Shown here: positions 9,611-18,010 of the stretch, piece by piece
Layout of the letters: each line of letters opens with the position of its first letter
Position numbering within the stretch: the first letter of the stretch is position 1
Origin: Nitrososphaerales archaeon
Lineage (GTDB): Archaea > Thermoproteota > Nitrososphaeria > Nitrososphaerales > UBA213
Reading direction: 5' to 3'
Assembly (NCBI GenBank): GCA_038868975.1
Contig: JAWCSA010000003.1
Location: 1-42,768 of the forward strand
DNA: 42,768 nt
Made by a program: the position numbers and the translations under genes
The notes under the pieces: generated by a model
What the model saw: only the letters and a program-made list of their open reading frames with translations
The model's database searches: none
Told to the model about the DNA's origin: nothing

Positions 9611-9673
9611 ATGAATCAAAAAACATACAAATATACGTGTAGGGATATTTGCTTATGAACACCAGAATTATTG
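9510..9673. repeat. 164-bp direct repeat, copy 2
   Basis: Identical to 8944..9107. It spans the 3' end of 9083..9610, the spacer with the TATA-like acaaatatac, and the first codons (MNTRII) of 9649..10113. Confidence 0.9.
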
Positions 9674-10113
9674 CAGGTGTGGGCGCTGGTTTAGCAGTTG
9701 TTGCGATACTTGCTTATTTCGCTAGTACACAACCACAAACGACTGAAGTAAGAGAGATACATGGGGCTGGTTTGCAAAACGCTCACAAGTGTATTAAAGG
9801 TGATTTCAAGGCAGATCCATCTGCTAACATTGTAGAAATAACAATGGATGCATATCAATGGAGGTACGGTTATTGCTCCATAACGGTATATGAAGGTCAA
9901 AGGGTGATGATTGCTTTGCAGAGCTTGGACGTGCCACACGGATTTGCTATAGACGGTTATCCAGAAGTAAGTAGTACATTCATAAGCCCAAATGCGCAAT
10001 CTGTAGTAACGTTCAGTGCAGACAGGGTTGGTAGCTTTACCTACTATTGCACGGTATTTTGTGGGGAAGGACATCCCTTGCATAAGGGACAGCTCGTGGT
10101 TCAATCAAGATAA
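9649..10113 (+). CDS. Membrane-anchored CuA-like cupredoxin (cytochrome oxidase subunit II-like copper domain), orphan
   Basis: Probable ATG at 9655. N-terminal TM AGVGAGLAVVAILAYFA. The motif VPHGFAI...(36 residues)...CTVFCGEGHPLHKG matches H-x(n)-C-x3-C-G-x2-H-x2-[M], with His in place of the usual Met and Val in place of Glu. Confidence 0.75.
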   Translation: MLMNTRIIAGVGAGLAVVAILAYFASTQPQTTEVREIHGAGLQNAHKCIKGDFKADPSANIVEITMDAYQWRYGYCSITVYEGQRVMIALQSLDVPHGFAIDGYPEVSSTFISPNAQSVVTFSADRVGSFTYYCTVFCGEGHPLHKGQLVVQSR

Positions 10114-10116
10114 GAA

Positions 10117-12507
10117 ATGAAGAGCAGGATAATGGTTCCAGCAATAGCTGTTGTAATAGCCGCAGGCATAGTAGTAGTTCTTATGCTAAGCATGTATACG
10201 CAAGAAAAAATATCCATCAGTAAGGACGATGAGTTGAACTTAGCGCTATATTGCGGTTCTGGCATTGCAAAGTCTACCGAATACATAAAAGAATATGTAA
10301 TACCCACTCCATGTGCACAGCCCATAGGCATTGTTGTTGATGGAGATGGCTACGTATGGTTTGCAGAGTCTAGTGTTAGGAAGATAGCCAGGTTTGATCC
10401 TAAAATTGAAACTTTTGAAGAGTTTTCATTGCCAGATGGTGCAGTAAGTAGGGATTTTGCAACTTCTGGAATGTGGTCAATGATACTTGATGAAAATCAG
10501 GACATCTGGTTTACCGATGTTGGTGGTAACTCGATATGGAAGTTTTACCGCACATCAAAGATATTTGAGAGGTATAAAATTCCAACGCAGGGGAGTTTTC
10601 CATTAGGTCTAGCAGTAGATAAAGATGGAAAGATCTGGTTCACGGAGGCATTTGGAAAAAAATTTGGTTATGTAGATCCGAAACAAAGAATATTGTATGA
10701 GCTTTCTCCACCAATACAGCCAGATATAATGGGTGGCCTTACGATAGACCGGCACAACAATGTCTGGTTTAACATATTGCAAGCTTCTGGAGGATATGTG
10801 ATCATGTATGAGCAAGCAACTGGATATTATAAGAAGTATCCCATGCCCATAGGTGTAACATCACCTATAGGCATATCAATCGATAACGAGGGTAACGCAT
10901 GGGTTAGCGATCATGGCACCAGCATCTTCTTCAAATTAGATACAAGGAATAACATGACCAAGACATATGTTACCTCCATGCCACTCCCCAGAACATCTAT
11001 AGGTACTGGGGGACAACCAACAACTTTACCATACTGGAATATGATTGATAAAGATGGAAGGATCTGGATTAACGAGCATCAGGGCAGCATGATAGCTGTG
11101 TTAGATCCAAGCAATGGCAGTTTGATAGAATATTTCGTTCCATCGCAAAATCCTTGGTATGGTTCCTGTGAGGGGCAAGAGAACTGTGGAATTGCTAACC
11201 CATTGCAATTCGCTATGGCGCCTGATGGTAGGATATGGTTTACGGAGTGGAGCGAAAGTAAGATAGGCGTATTGAATCCAGACATTCAGATACCATTTTC
11301 ACTTGATCTGGACAAGAACATTGTTGAGGTTGAGAGAGGACGTGCAGTCAAAATTGGAATGGAAATCGTGTCAGACAGTATTGACGTCTCTGACGCTGTG
11401 TTGTCTTTATCTGGAACCTTTACACCTTCTGGGCAGCTCTGGCGTATGAATACTTTGCTGGACGCCATGCCAAACTCAGATGTTAGAAAGGTTGTGCTGA
11501 CTCTCAATCCAAGTCAATATCTGGTAGCAGGTACATACAACATAATGGTTAGTGCAAATTACGGAGATGTAGTTTATTCAAAGGCACTAGAAGTGGTCGT
11601 AAAGGAACCGTCACCCATAATACGTTCGTTTGTAAGGGGGCAAACTTTTGCAGGTTTTGTAACTGGGGATGGTTGGGTTGAGTTAGATAAAGATCGGTAC
11701 GAGGTTGGCACTTATGCGACCATCTCGGGAGGTTTCTTAAGTCATTACGATCCTGTAGAGCCAGTTTACGTTAGGGTCTATGCTCCCGATGATTCCGAAT
11801 ACAGCTCACACAAGGTTGCAATAGAACCTTCTGGAAGGTTCAGGGTACAGTTTCTACTTGATGATATCAGACTCTTCGGTACCTATAAGGTAATTGCAAG
11901 TTATGCTGAAGATAACGTAATACTGTATTTTAATGTGGAAAATCCTGCAGATAAACCAGAGGCGTTTCAATTCTCGTTCAACAGGATATCATACAATCCT
12001 TCCTTCTATTGTGCAAAATACAGTCTAGCAGGCTATGTAGAAAGTGAAGAACAGCTAAATGCAATTGAATCATCTGGGAGGATAAGAATGCGTGCAGGAA
12101 CAATAGAAAAAACAGGAGCGGAGGATGATGGTATGGCAATAAGAATACCAATAGCACCGATTGACATTGATTCTGGGTTGCGCATTGCTGTAGTGCATTC
12201 TGAAATAAATGTGTATAAAGATGGAAAGATCTTATGGAACAATCGCATCCATTCTCATTGTGGCAACACAGATGTCATTATAAAGAGTAGAAACATAGCA
12301 GTAGGTGATTCCATAAGGGTTGAAGCCCCATTCTCCATGGAAATAGGTGTCACACAACACTTTTTGCAGAACGTATATGAATCAACATACACACTACCAA
12401 CATTTAATGAAAAGGGCAAGTATACGGTAGATGCGCAACTTGTCTGGATCGACTTTTTGCCTATACAAAAACCACCTCCAGTTACGCTAAGCTTTAGTGT
12501 CGAGTGA
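10117..12507 (+). CDS. Membrane-anchored seven-repeat Vgb-like beta-propeller protein with C-terminal Ig-like/beta-sandwich domains
   Basis: The ATG lies 3 nt after the previous stop (operonic). TM VPAIAVVIAAGIVVVLMLSM. Seven repeats: GYVWFAE..IARFDP, QDIWFTD..IWKF, GKIWFTE..FGYVDP, NNVWFNI, GNAWVSD..FFKLD, GRIWINE..IAVLDP, GRIWFTE..IGVLNP. About 400 aa of beta-rich sequence follow. Confidence 0.85.
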   Translation: MKSRIMVPAIAVVIAAGIVVVLMLSMYTQEKISISKDDELNLALYCGSGIAKSTEYIKEYVIPTPCAQPIGIVVDGDGYVWFAESSVRKIARFDPKIETFEEFSLPDGAVSRDFATSGMWSMILDENQDIWFTDVGGNSIWKFYRTSKIFERYKIPTQGSFPLGLAVDKDGKIWFTEAFGKKFGYVDPKQRILYELSPPIQPDIMGGLTIDRHNNVWFNILQASGGYVIMYEQATGYYKKYPMPIGVTSPIGISIDNEGNAWVSDHGTSIFFKLDTRNNMTKTYVTSMPLPRTSIGTGGQPTTLPYWNMIDKDGRIWINEHQGSMIAVLDPSNGSLIEYFVPSQNPWYGSCEGQENCGIANPLQFAMAPDGRIWFTEWSESKIGVLNPDIQIPFSLDLDKNIVEVERGRAVKIGMEIVSDSIDVSDAVLSLSGTFTPSGQLWRMNTLLDAMPNSDVRKVVLTLNPSQYLVAGTYNIMVSANYGDVVYSKALEVVVKEPSPIIRSFVRGQTFAGFVTGDGWVELDKDRYEVGTYATISGGFLSHYDPVEPVYVRVYAPDDSEYSSHKVAIEPSGRFRVQFLLDDIRLFGTYKVIASYAEDNVILYFNVENPADKPEAFQFSFNRISYNPSFYCAKYSLAGYVESEEQLNAIESSGRIRMRAGTIEKTGAEDDGMAIRIPIAPIDIDSGLRIAVVHSEINVYKDGKILWNNRIHSHCGNTDVIIKSRNIAVGDSIRVEAPFSMEIGVTQHFLQNVYESTYTLPTFNEKGKYTVDAQLVWIDFLPIQKPPPVTLSFSVE

Positions 12508-12662
12508 ATTTCTTGCGAGTTTTAATTTACATTCCTCTCCAAAAACTACATGAAGTTGATCAGGGATATCACACCTGCTGTGCAATAAGTGCAAATAAGC
12601 AACGTTACCACCGTGTGCCGTCTGCTTAAAGCATAGATGTTTTAGACTATGTATTGAAATAG

Positions 12663-12674
12663 TTTAAATTAAAT
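12663..12674 (+). promoter_or_regulatory. TATA-like box (tttaaattaaat) about 27 nt upstream of ATG 12694
   Basis: Spacing and composition as for the other candidate boxes. Confidence 0.35.
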
Positions 12675-12693
12675 CGCAAGCGCACAGATAGAG

Positions 12694-13884
12694 ATGAGAT
12701 ACTTACTGGTATTTGTATTAATGTTTTCAATTGCATTGTTTCCTATTGCCGAGGGTCACCTTTTTGGAGGGGAGACGAAAAATGTTGGAGGTTACAGTAT
12801 TACGTATGCAAGCATGCCATCCGATCCCGCTCCGGGAAGTGATGTTTTACTTGCGTTCAGTATAGTTAGCGGAAATGTTGATGTTACAGACACTGTAGTT
12901 AGGATAACTATCGCTAGGGACGGTGTTATTGTAACTGAAATGCCTGAAACAGCGTATCCAACGGGCGATATCTTTATCCCTTTCATATTCAGCGAGGATG
13001 GCGTATATACGATCACCATAGAAGCACAACCTAGAGGGGAGCAGGAACCAATAGTTGTAAGTTTTGAGCAGGTTATTGGACAGGTAGGGCTACAACCAAT
13101 CTATAAGGAAACTACTGATGTAGCTAATGCCATTGCGTTATCAGTTGTATTTGGTGTAATACCTCTTTACATAGGCCTTACCAATTCAAAGCTTTCCTAT
13201 AGGTTATCGAATTCATCAAAAGGGTTTATCATTAGCATTGCATTTGGCATAGTAATCTTTTCATTGATAGATCTATTCGGCGGTGCCTCAAGGCTTGGCA
13301 TAGATTTTGGTCTGCGAGCGGTTCCATTACAAGTCACACTCTTGCTTGCCCTAACAGGTGGTCTTGCTGTTCCATTTATTGTGGAACGATATTCAAGGAA
13401 TACAATTAACACACAGCAGCTAACGGCAACATACGCAGTAGCATATCTGTTTGCTACAGCAGTGGCATTTCATAGCTTTGCTGAAGGCGTTGTTGTTGGA
13501 TTCGATCTGCAGTCCGGATATTCATTTACATTCACACAGCGCTCATTACAGGCTGCAAGTTTCTTTCTCCATAAAATAGCAGAAGGAGTTGTTATATCAA
13601 TACCTCTTATGTTGCTAAGACCAAAAACAGAAACTTTCGCATTGGTAGGTATAGTGGGATCTGTACCGCTATTGATTGGCCTAATCCTAGCATATATGGG
13701 CATTCCCGGTGTAGGTGCCTCATATGGATTTGCGTTGGGAGCGGGTGTAGCCACGTATGTGCTGTTCAAACTCGGTTACCTATGCAACATGCTAACACAT
13801 AACAGGATGATCATGTTTTCTGGCATAGTAACAGGCTTGCTCTTCATGTACTTGGCAGGATGGATTCATTCAGTAGAGGTATGA
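12694..13884 (+). CDS. ZIP-family metal permease with an N-terminal extracellular Ig-like module
   Basis: Signal peptide ends ...FPIAEG/HLFGGE. A ~110-aa module follows (PAPGSDVLLAFSIVSGNVDVTDTVVRITIARDGVIVTE...DGVYTITIEAQP), then about 8 TM segments. These include the ZIP signatures AFHSFAEGVVVGF and FLHKIAEGVVISIPL. Confidence 0.8.
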   Translation: MRYLLVFVLMFSIALFPIAEGHLFGGETKNVGGYSITYASMPSDPAPGSDVLLAFSIVSGNVDVTDTVVRITIARDGVIVTEMPETAYPTGDIFIPFIFSEDGVYTITIEAQPRGEQEPIVVSFEQVIGQVGLQPIYKETTDVANAIALSVVFGVIPLYIGLTNSKLSYRLSNSSKGFIISIAFGIVIFSLIDLFGGASRLGIDFGLRAVPLQVTLLLALTGGLAVPFIVERYSRNTINTQQLTATYAVAYLFATAVAFHSFAEGVVVGFDLQSGYSFTFTQRSLQAASFFLHKIAEGVVISIPLMLLRPKTETFALVGIVGSVPLLIGLILAYMGIPGVGASYGFALGAGVATYVLFKLGYLCNMLTHNRMIMFSGIVTGLLFMYLAGWIHSVEV

Positions 13885-13938
13885 CTTTGCAATATGTTTA
13901 ATTGATATAAGAATGGAATCTTTTGCAAATGATAAAAG

Positions 13939-14115
13939 CTAGCGTAACTTCCTTTCTATCTCACGTGCTAGAGCGGAACGCAACTCATTTATCACCTTTC
14001 CATGTTGATACATGTAGCGCTGGAGCAAGTTCTCTTCCTTCAATAATTCTAGGAGGTTCATTTTGATATAGTCTTCTGCGGCCTCGTCAGCAAACTGCTT
14101 TTCTCTGCTGTACAT
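13939..14115 (-). CDS. Small (58 aa) helical hypothetical protein, below the ORF-track cutoff
   Basis: Read by hand: MYSREKQFADEAAEDYIKMNLLELLKEENLLQRYMYQHGKVINELRSALAREIERKLR. It has protein-like composition and fills an otherwise empty 390-bp gap. Confidence 0.35.
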   Translation of the reverse strand: MYSREKQFADEAAEDYIKMNLLELLKEENLLQRYMYQHGKVINELRSALAREIERKLR

Positions 14116-14271
14116 GCAAATATTTATGCATTAAACTATCTATCTAATTTTGCGTGTAGCATATAATACTGACACTTCCATATTTGCGAAAGGATGAACA
14201 GCATTTTCCAGATCTAAGGTCAGTAACCATTGATACATTTTCATGATCTATGATCTGTGATAAATTGAAAA

Positions 14272-15591
14272 TCAATACACTACAAATTGCAATTCAACCG
14301 GGCTTTCAGTAAGTGGTTCTGGCTTTGGAGAATTATTCCAGATAAAGATCTGTATATAATAGATGTCAGGTTCATTGGGAATCCAAGATTGGGTGAATGT
14401 TGATGACCCGTTTACCAAGTCGTATGTTACATAAGAGAGCTCTGCGGTATGACCGGCAGCATTTTTTATCTGGATTATATAGGTTGCCTCCACAGGAGAA
14501 GGAAGGTTGCTTAGCAATGATGAGTGTATGAAAACCTGTTCCTTTGCACCTACGGAAGTAACCTCTGAACCTGCAGCATCAACAAGCAAGGTCTTGAGAA
14601 TCTTTACACTTGATTCCTTGCTGCCATTGGAAATATTAAAAGAAGATTGGCTGAGACCTGCTTCACTTACTTTATCTTGATCACCCACATAAAATACAGC
14701 GTCAGCAATTATACCATTGTAAAATGCCATCACCTTGAAGGAACCATTTGCTTCTGTAGGCATCTTCATCCTAGAGCTAAATGTTCCATCTGAGCTTATG
14801 GATATGTTATCTGTGTATAATTCGTCATTCTTACCAATAACTTCTACCTTAACTTCTTTCTGAAGCACTACAGGGCCAACCTTTCCATAAATCTTTATCA
14901 TATCACCAATGTTGTAATGCCTTTTATCTGTTCGTACTGTAAGATGGCTTTCAAAGAAACCTAGGTAAAGCCAGTTTAGCGCTTCGATATCACGCTGTGA
15001 TATTGCTTGCTCCTGATCATCATCCGCCGGATATGCGTACATAATGTCTATCGGTTCTTCGCCATTGTCATCAAAGTGTCCGAGGTTTAATGCATGGCCA
15101 AATTCATGCAATGCTGCCCTATAAAACAACTCTTTGGAGAGAGGCTGGGTACTCTCCGTTGTGACACGCTTCCCCTTCACCACTTCTGAGAACACGATCT
15201 TTGAGTGAGTTGGTAAGATGATATCTGCTTTGGTTATGGATGACTGATCCCAGTATTCTATATAGGTATAACCGGAATATCCATGACCTGTTACTTTGGA
15301 ATGTGTGCTAACTATATGCACGTTGATATGGCAGCCGGAACCATTAGAGATTGTGTAGCTAAAATGATCCCATCTTGACTTCCATTCCTCAACAGCTTTT
15401 ACAAAGAGATCTTCATACTCTTTACTTGCTGTGCTTGAAAGACAGATCATGAAGTTCAGATTGTTTTGCCATTTGGCAGGAACGGCGTAGCTAAAGTTTG
15501 TTGAATATGCATATGAAGTGGCAGGAAGCAATAATACTGAAATGGCTAACAAAATTATCCCATATTGTAGAAAGGGTTGCTGGCGCCTCAC
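14272..15591 (-). CDS. Secreted metzincin (matrixin/M10-like) zinc metalloprotease with C-terminal Ig-like domains
   Basis: GTG start and a signal peptide ending PATSYA. Zinc site AALHEFGHALNLGHFDD (HExxHxxxxxH spacing) with a downstream DIMYAY Met-turn. The C-terminal half is beta-rich (HYNIGDMIKIYGKV...GSFKVMAFYNG). Confidence 0.85.
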   Translation of the reverse strand: MRRQQPFLQYGIILLAISVLLLPATSYAYSTNFSYAVPAKWQNNLNFMICLSSTASKEYEDLFVKAVEEWKSRWDHFSYTISNGSGCHINVHIVSTHSKVTGHGYSGYTYIEYWDQSSITKADIILPTHSKIVFSEVVKGKRVTTESTQPLSKELFYRAALHEFGHALNLGHFDDNGEEPIDIMYAYPADDDQEQAISQRDIEALNWLYLGFFESHLTVRTDKRHYNIGDMIKIYGKVGPVVLQKEVKVEVIGKNDELYTDNISISSDGTFSSRMKMPTEANGSFKVMAFYNGIIADAVFYVGDQDKVSEAGLSQSSFNISNGSKESSVKILKTLLVDAAGSEVTSVGAKEQVFIHSSLLSNLPSPVEATYIIQIKNAAGHTAELSYVTYDLVNGSSTFTQSWIPNEPDIYYIQIFIWNNSPKPEPLTESPVELQFVVY

Positions 15592-15723
15592 AGCACGATA
15601 TTATACAATCACCTATAATAATGAGTATGTAACAGCGTTTAGTAAAATACATTGCTGATAGTAATTTGTTTAACTGATGTTAAGTACCTAGTAAGATAAT
15701 GGGTAAATAACATATGTTTATAC

Positions 15724-15757
15724 CACTTGTTTGTTCCACATGTTACAACCACGTGGA
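15724..15757. promoter_or_regulatory. Three CACNTGTT-type units phased at 13 bp (cacttgtt-N5-cacatgtt-N5-cacgtgga), 133-166 nt upstream of the metzincin start
   Basis: Units start at 15724, 15737 and 15750. The same unit and phase recur at 19937-19983 upstream of another minus-strand secreted-protein gene. Confidence 0.45.
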
Positions 15758-16230
15758 ACATCCTATTATCCTGGATTCTTTGCAGCGTTAATACATCTTA
15801 TGGCAACGCATAAGCTTACTCGTGCTGCTGCCTGTACAGTTGCGTGTGCACGTGTGTATTACTTGTGTGTAGGCAATGCAAAAGATTAATACAAGAACTA
15901 GGGATGAGTAGAAAGCTCTGCACAAGTTAAAAGGATAGAATGATTATGAGGAGCCAAAAGTACTGCTGTAACTTTATTGATACGGCAAGCCTAGCACGTA
16001 GTAAGAACGATCTTATCGTGCCAAATTGCTTACCCCGCATGATTATAATCTTTTCACAAATCTATTCTTTTAAGTTTGAGAAATACAGATTATAGAAGAT
16101 AACCTACATTCGTGATTCCCATTTCTATCAGTGCACAAAATTCCAAGTTTTGTAAACATGAGGAGTTGCTTCGTAAAGGTAAGAGGAGGCTATCATATAT
16201 GGGAAGACTGATAACATCATATTTGGTAAA

Positions 16231-16274
16231 AGGCGGCCATGTTTTCTCGGGGACCAAAGCCCACACGGCCGCCT
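16231..16274. other. GC-rich hairpin (aggcggcc - 28 nt - ggccgcct) inside an 814-bp ORF-free region
   Basis: A perfect 8-bp GC-rich stem stands out against AT-rich surroundings. Strand and function are unknown. Confidence 0.3.
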
Positions 16275-16405
16275 TGTGCTCATAGCACTAAGACAAACGT
16301 TATTGAACTGATTTATAAGAATGCATGAAAGATCGAAATCGTAAATATGTAATACACGCTATGTATCTGGTGATATGCATCTTCATACAATAAAAAATGG
16401 GAGAG

Positions 16406-16585
16406 TCATCTTAGCTGTCTAAGCTCTTCAGCGTGGTTTTCTAACTCCTGTATCCTATCCTGAAGCTCCTTAACCTGCTCGTCCATCTTTCTGAGAACTT
16501 GGCTTTTCTCTTTTATCTCTACACTATCAGTAAACAACTTGAGCTCCTCGGCCGACTCGCATACTATGGTTATATGGAACTTCAT
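16406..16585 (-). CDS. Small (59 aa) coiled-coil hypothetical protein
   Basis: Read by hand: MKFHITIVCESAEELKLFTDSVEIKEKSQVLRKMDEQVKELQDRIQELENHAEELRQLR. Its ATG overlaps the TGA of 16582..16764 in an ATGA arrangement. Confidence 0.45.
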   Translation of the reverse strand: MKFHITIVCESAEELKLFTDSVEIKEKSQVLRKMDEQVKELQDRIQELENHAEELRQLR

Positions 16586-16764
16586 GGTGCGTTGATGATC
16601 AAAACGCGCTGGCCTATTCTCAGGGTATGGTTATCTGCATATCCGGTAGGATAATCCACATGTGTTCCAATAGAACTCATGCACCAGGCATCTACGTCCG
16701 TATAGCACTTGGCAGGACCTACTCCAAACTCTTCTTCTTTCTCTTCTACTATACTCTGACTCAT
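16582..16764 (-). CDS. Small (60 aa) hypothetical protein, upstream partner of 16406..16585
   Basis: The ORF-track ORF is MSQSIVEEKEEEFGVGPAKCYTDVDAWCM.... The ATGA stop/start overlap with the next ORF suggests translational coupling. Confidence 0.4.
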   Translation of the reverse strand: MSQSIVEEKEEEFGVGPAKCYTDVDAWCMSSIGTHVDYPTGYADNHTLRIGQRVLIINAP

Positions 16765-17478
16765 TAAACTGTATATTTACATGAACAAATCTTTAACCGT
16801 TGTGTAGTAAGAGTAATAGATTCTAGCATGATAGGATACTAAGTAATCGCCACATGTCATATACATATAGTGTACATTATGAAAAATGGAAGAAAACTTT
16901 CCATCTTGCTATGCAAAGATCGTAGAATAAGATTACGGATTAATGAAGGCTTTCTAATAAGCAAGCATCAAGTTCTTGCTACTATTGCGCATTAGGTTCA
17001 CATGTAAAATCTTCAACTCTTGCCACTGTTTATGGAAAATTTTCGCCTGCTGATTTCGCACTTTATGGCATTGTTGTTAGAGAACCAGTTATACACAATT
17101 TACATATGCAATGCCTGTAAATCACCTTTATGAATAAGGGTAGCCATGATTCCTCTTCGCTAGCGGGTCGATTAGATACCGAACTCATAGCATTTTATGC
17201 CGATTTCTGCTGGAAGATGGTCGAGTTCTGGTTCGCGTGGCATACCTACTGGATCAATTTGCTACAGGACAGAGGTTCCAAATAGCATCCAAAATATGTT
17301 ACTAAGAATTTAGTTGCATGTTCTATTCACATACCAAATGGTAGGGATGCTTGCATTTGGTGAGAATCAGTATACTTTATTTGATCGTCAACTTTCTTCA
17401 TAATATGTTGTCACCCACAAGCTTCATAATGTACCAAAGTGTCAGGTGAGAGAAAGGGAACAGGAAATATAATTAGTA

Positions 17479-17820
17479 CTAGCGTGTAAAACCAGTGAAG
17501 AAATGAAATGTTTTACCTCCTAATCTTGTGAGTTTCCTCTTCACTTCCTCGCCTGGCTCTCCATAAATTTCCAACCTTATTATTCTGCTCACTTCAAGGA
17601 GCTTAGGAAGCAATCCCGTTGCAGCCTCACCGTTCATATGGGCTAATGCTGCTTCCTGACTTACGATTCGGTTATAACACATTTTGTTTCATCATCATTA
17701 AAAAACCATTGATAACTCCCAGTGTCTGGTTCGTCCTCTCTTACTCTTCTGGTAATCTCCTGAACAATTTTCTTAAAATCATCAAGCTTGTCCCTTTCGA
17801 TAGCGAATTCCACATCCATT
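17479..17820 (-). pseudogene. Frameshifted ABM (antibiotic-biosynthesis-monooxygenase/Dabb-fold)-like gene
   Basis: The 5' frame (17662..17820) reads MDVEFAIERDKLDDFKKIVQEITRRVREDEPDTGSYQWFFNDDETKCVITES*. The 3' frame (17479..17682) continues ...IVSQEAALAHMNGEAATGLLPKLLEVSRIIRLEIYGEPGEEVKRKL.... Together they give one ~110-aa ABM-like protein if one indel near 17665-17675 is repaired. Confidence 0.55.
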
Positions 17821-18010
17821 GCACTTCATTCATGCTAATTTCTTCTACATATGTCACTGGACTTTATATTTACTTGTCTTTATTGATGGCCCAAATGTTT
17901 GCATTCATGAATTAACTCTCTATGGTGTTAAGGCAATGCATGTCCTTTAAGTTGATGTGTTAATGTGCTAGCATGTTTGCAAACTGCCTGTTAGATGACC
18001 TATTGATTCC

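Noticed and set aside
8944-9673. The direct repeats could be taken for a CRISPR-like or other repeat array.
   Set aside because: There are only two copies. They are 164 bp long and contain coding sequence, a stop, a promoter-like spacer and a start codon. No short repeat/spacer periodicity exists anywhere in the window.
9691-10104. A 137-aa ORF antisense to the CuA-like cupredoxin. Similar long antisense ORFs occur at 5448..5831, 5940..6347, 6777..7148, 22383..22742 and 24180..24563.
   Set aside because: Each lies wholly inside a gene with strong motif support on the other strand. Their translations are Cys/Arg/Ser-rich or low-complexity, with no motifs. They are typical shadow ORFs.
16231-16274. 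The GC-rich hairpin was considered as part of a tRNA or other canonical RNA gene.
   Set aside because: No acceptor, D or T-arm arrangement and no GTTC-type T-loop can be drawn around it. It is kept only as an unexplained structure.
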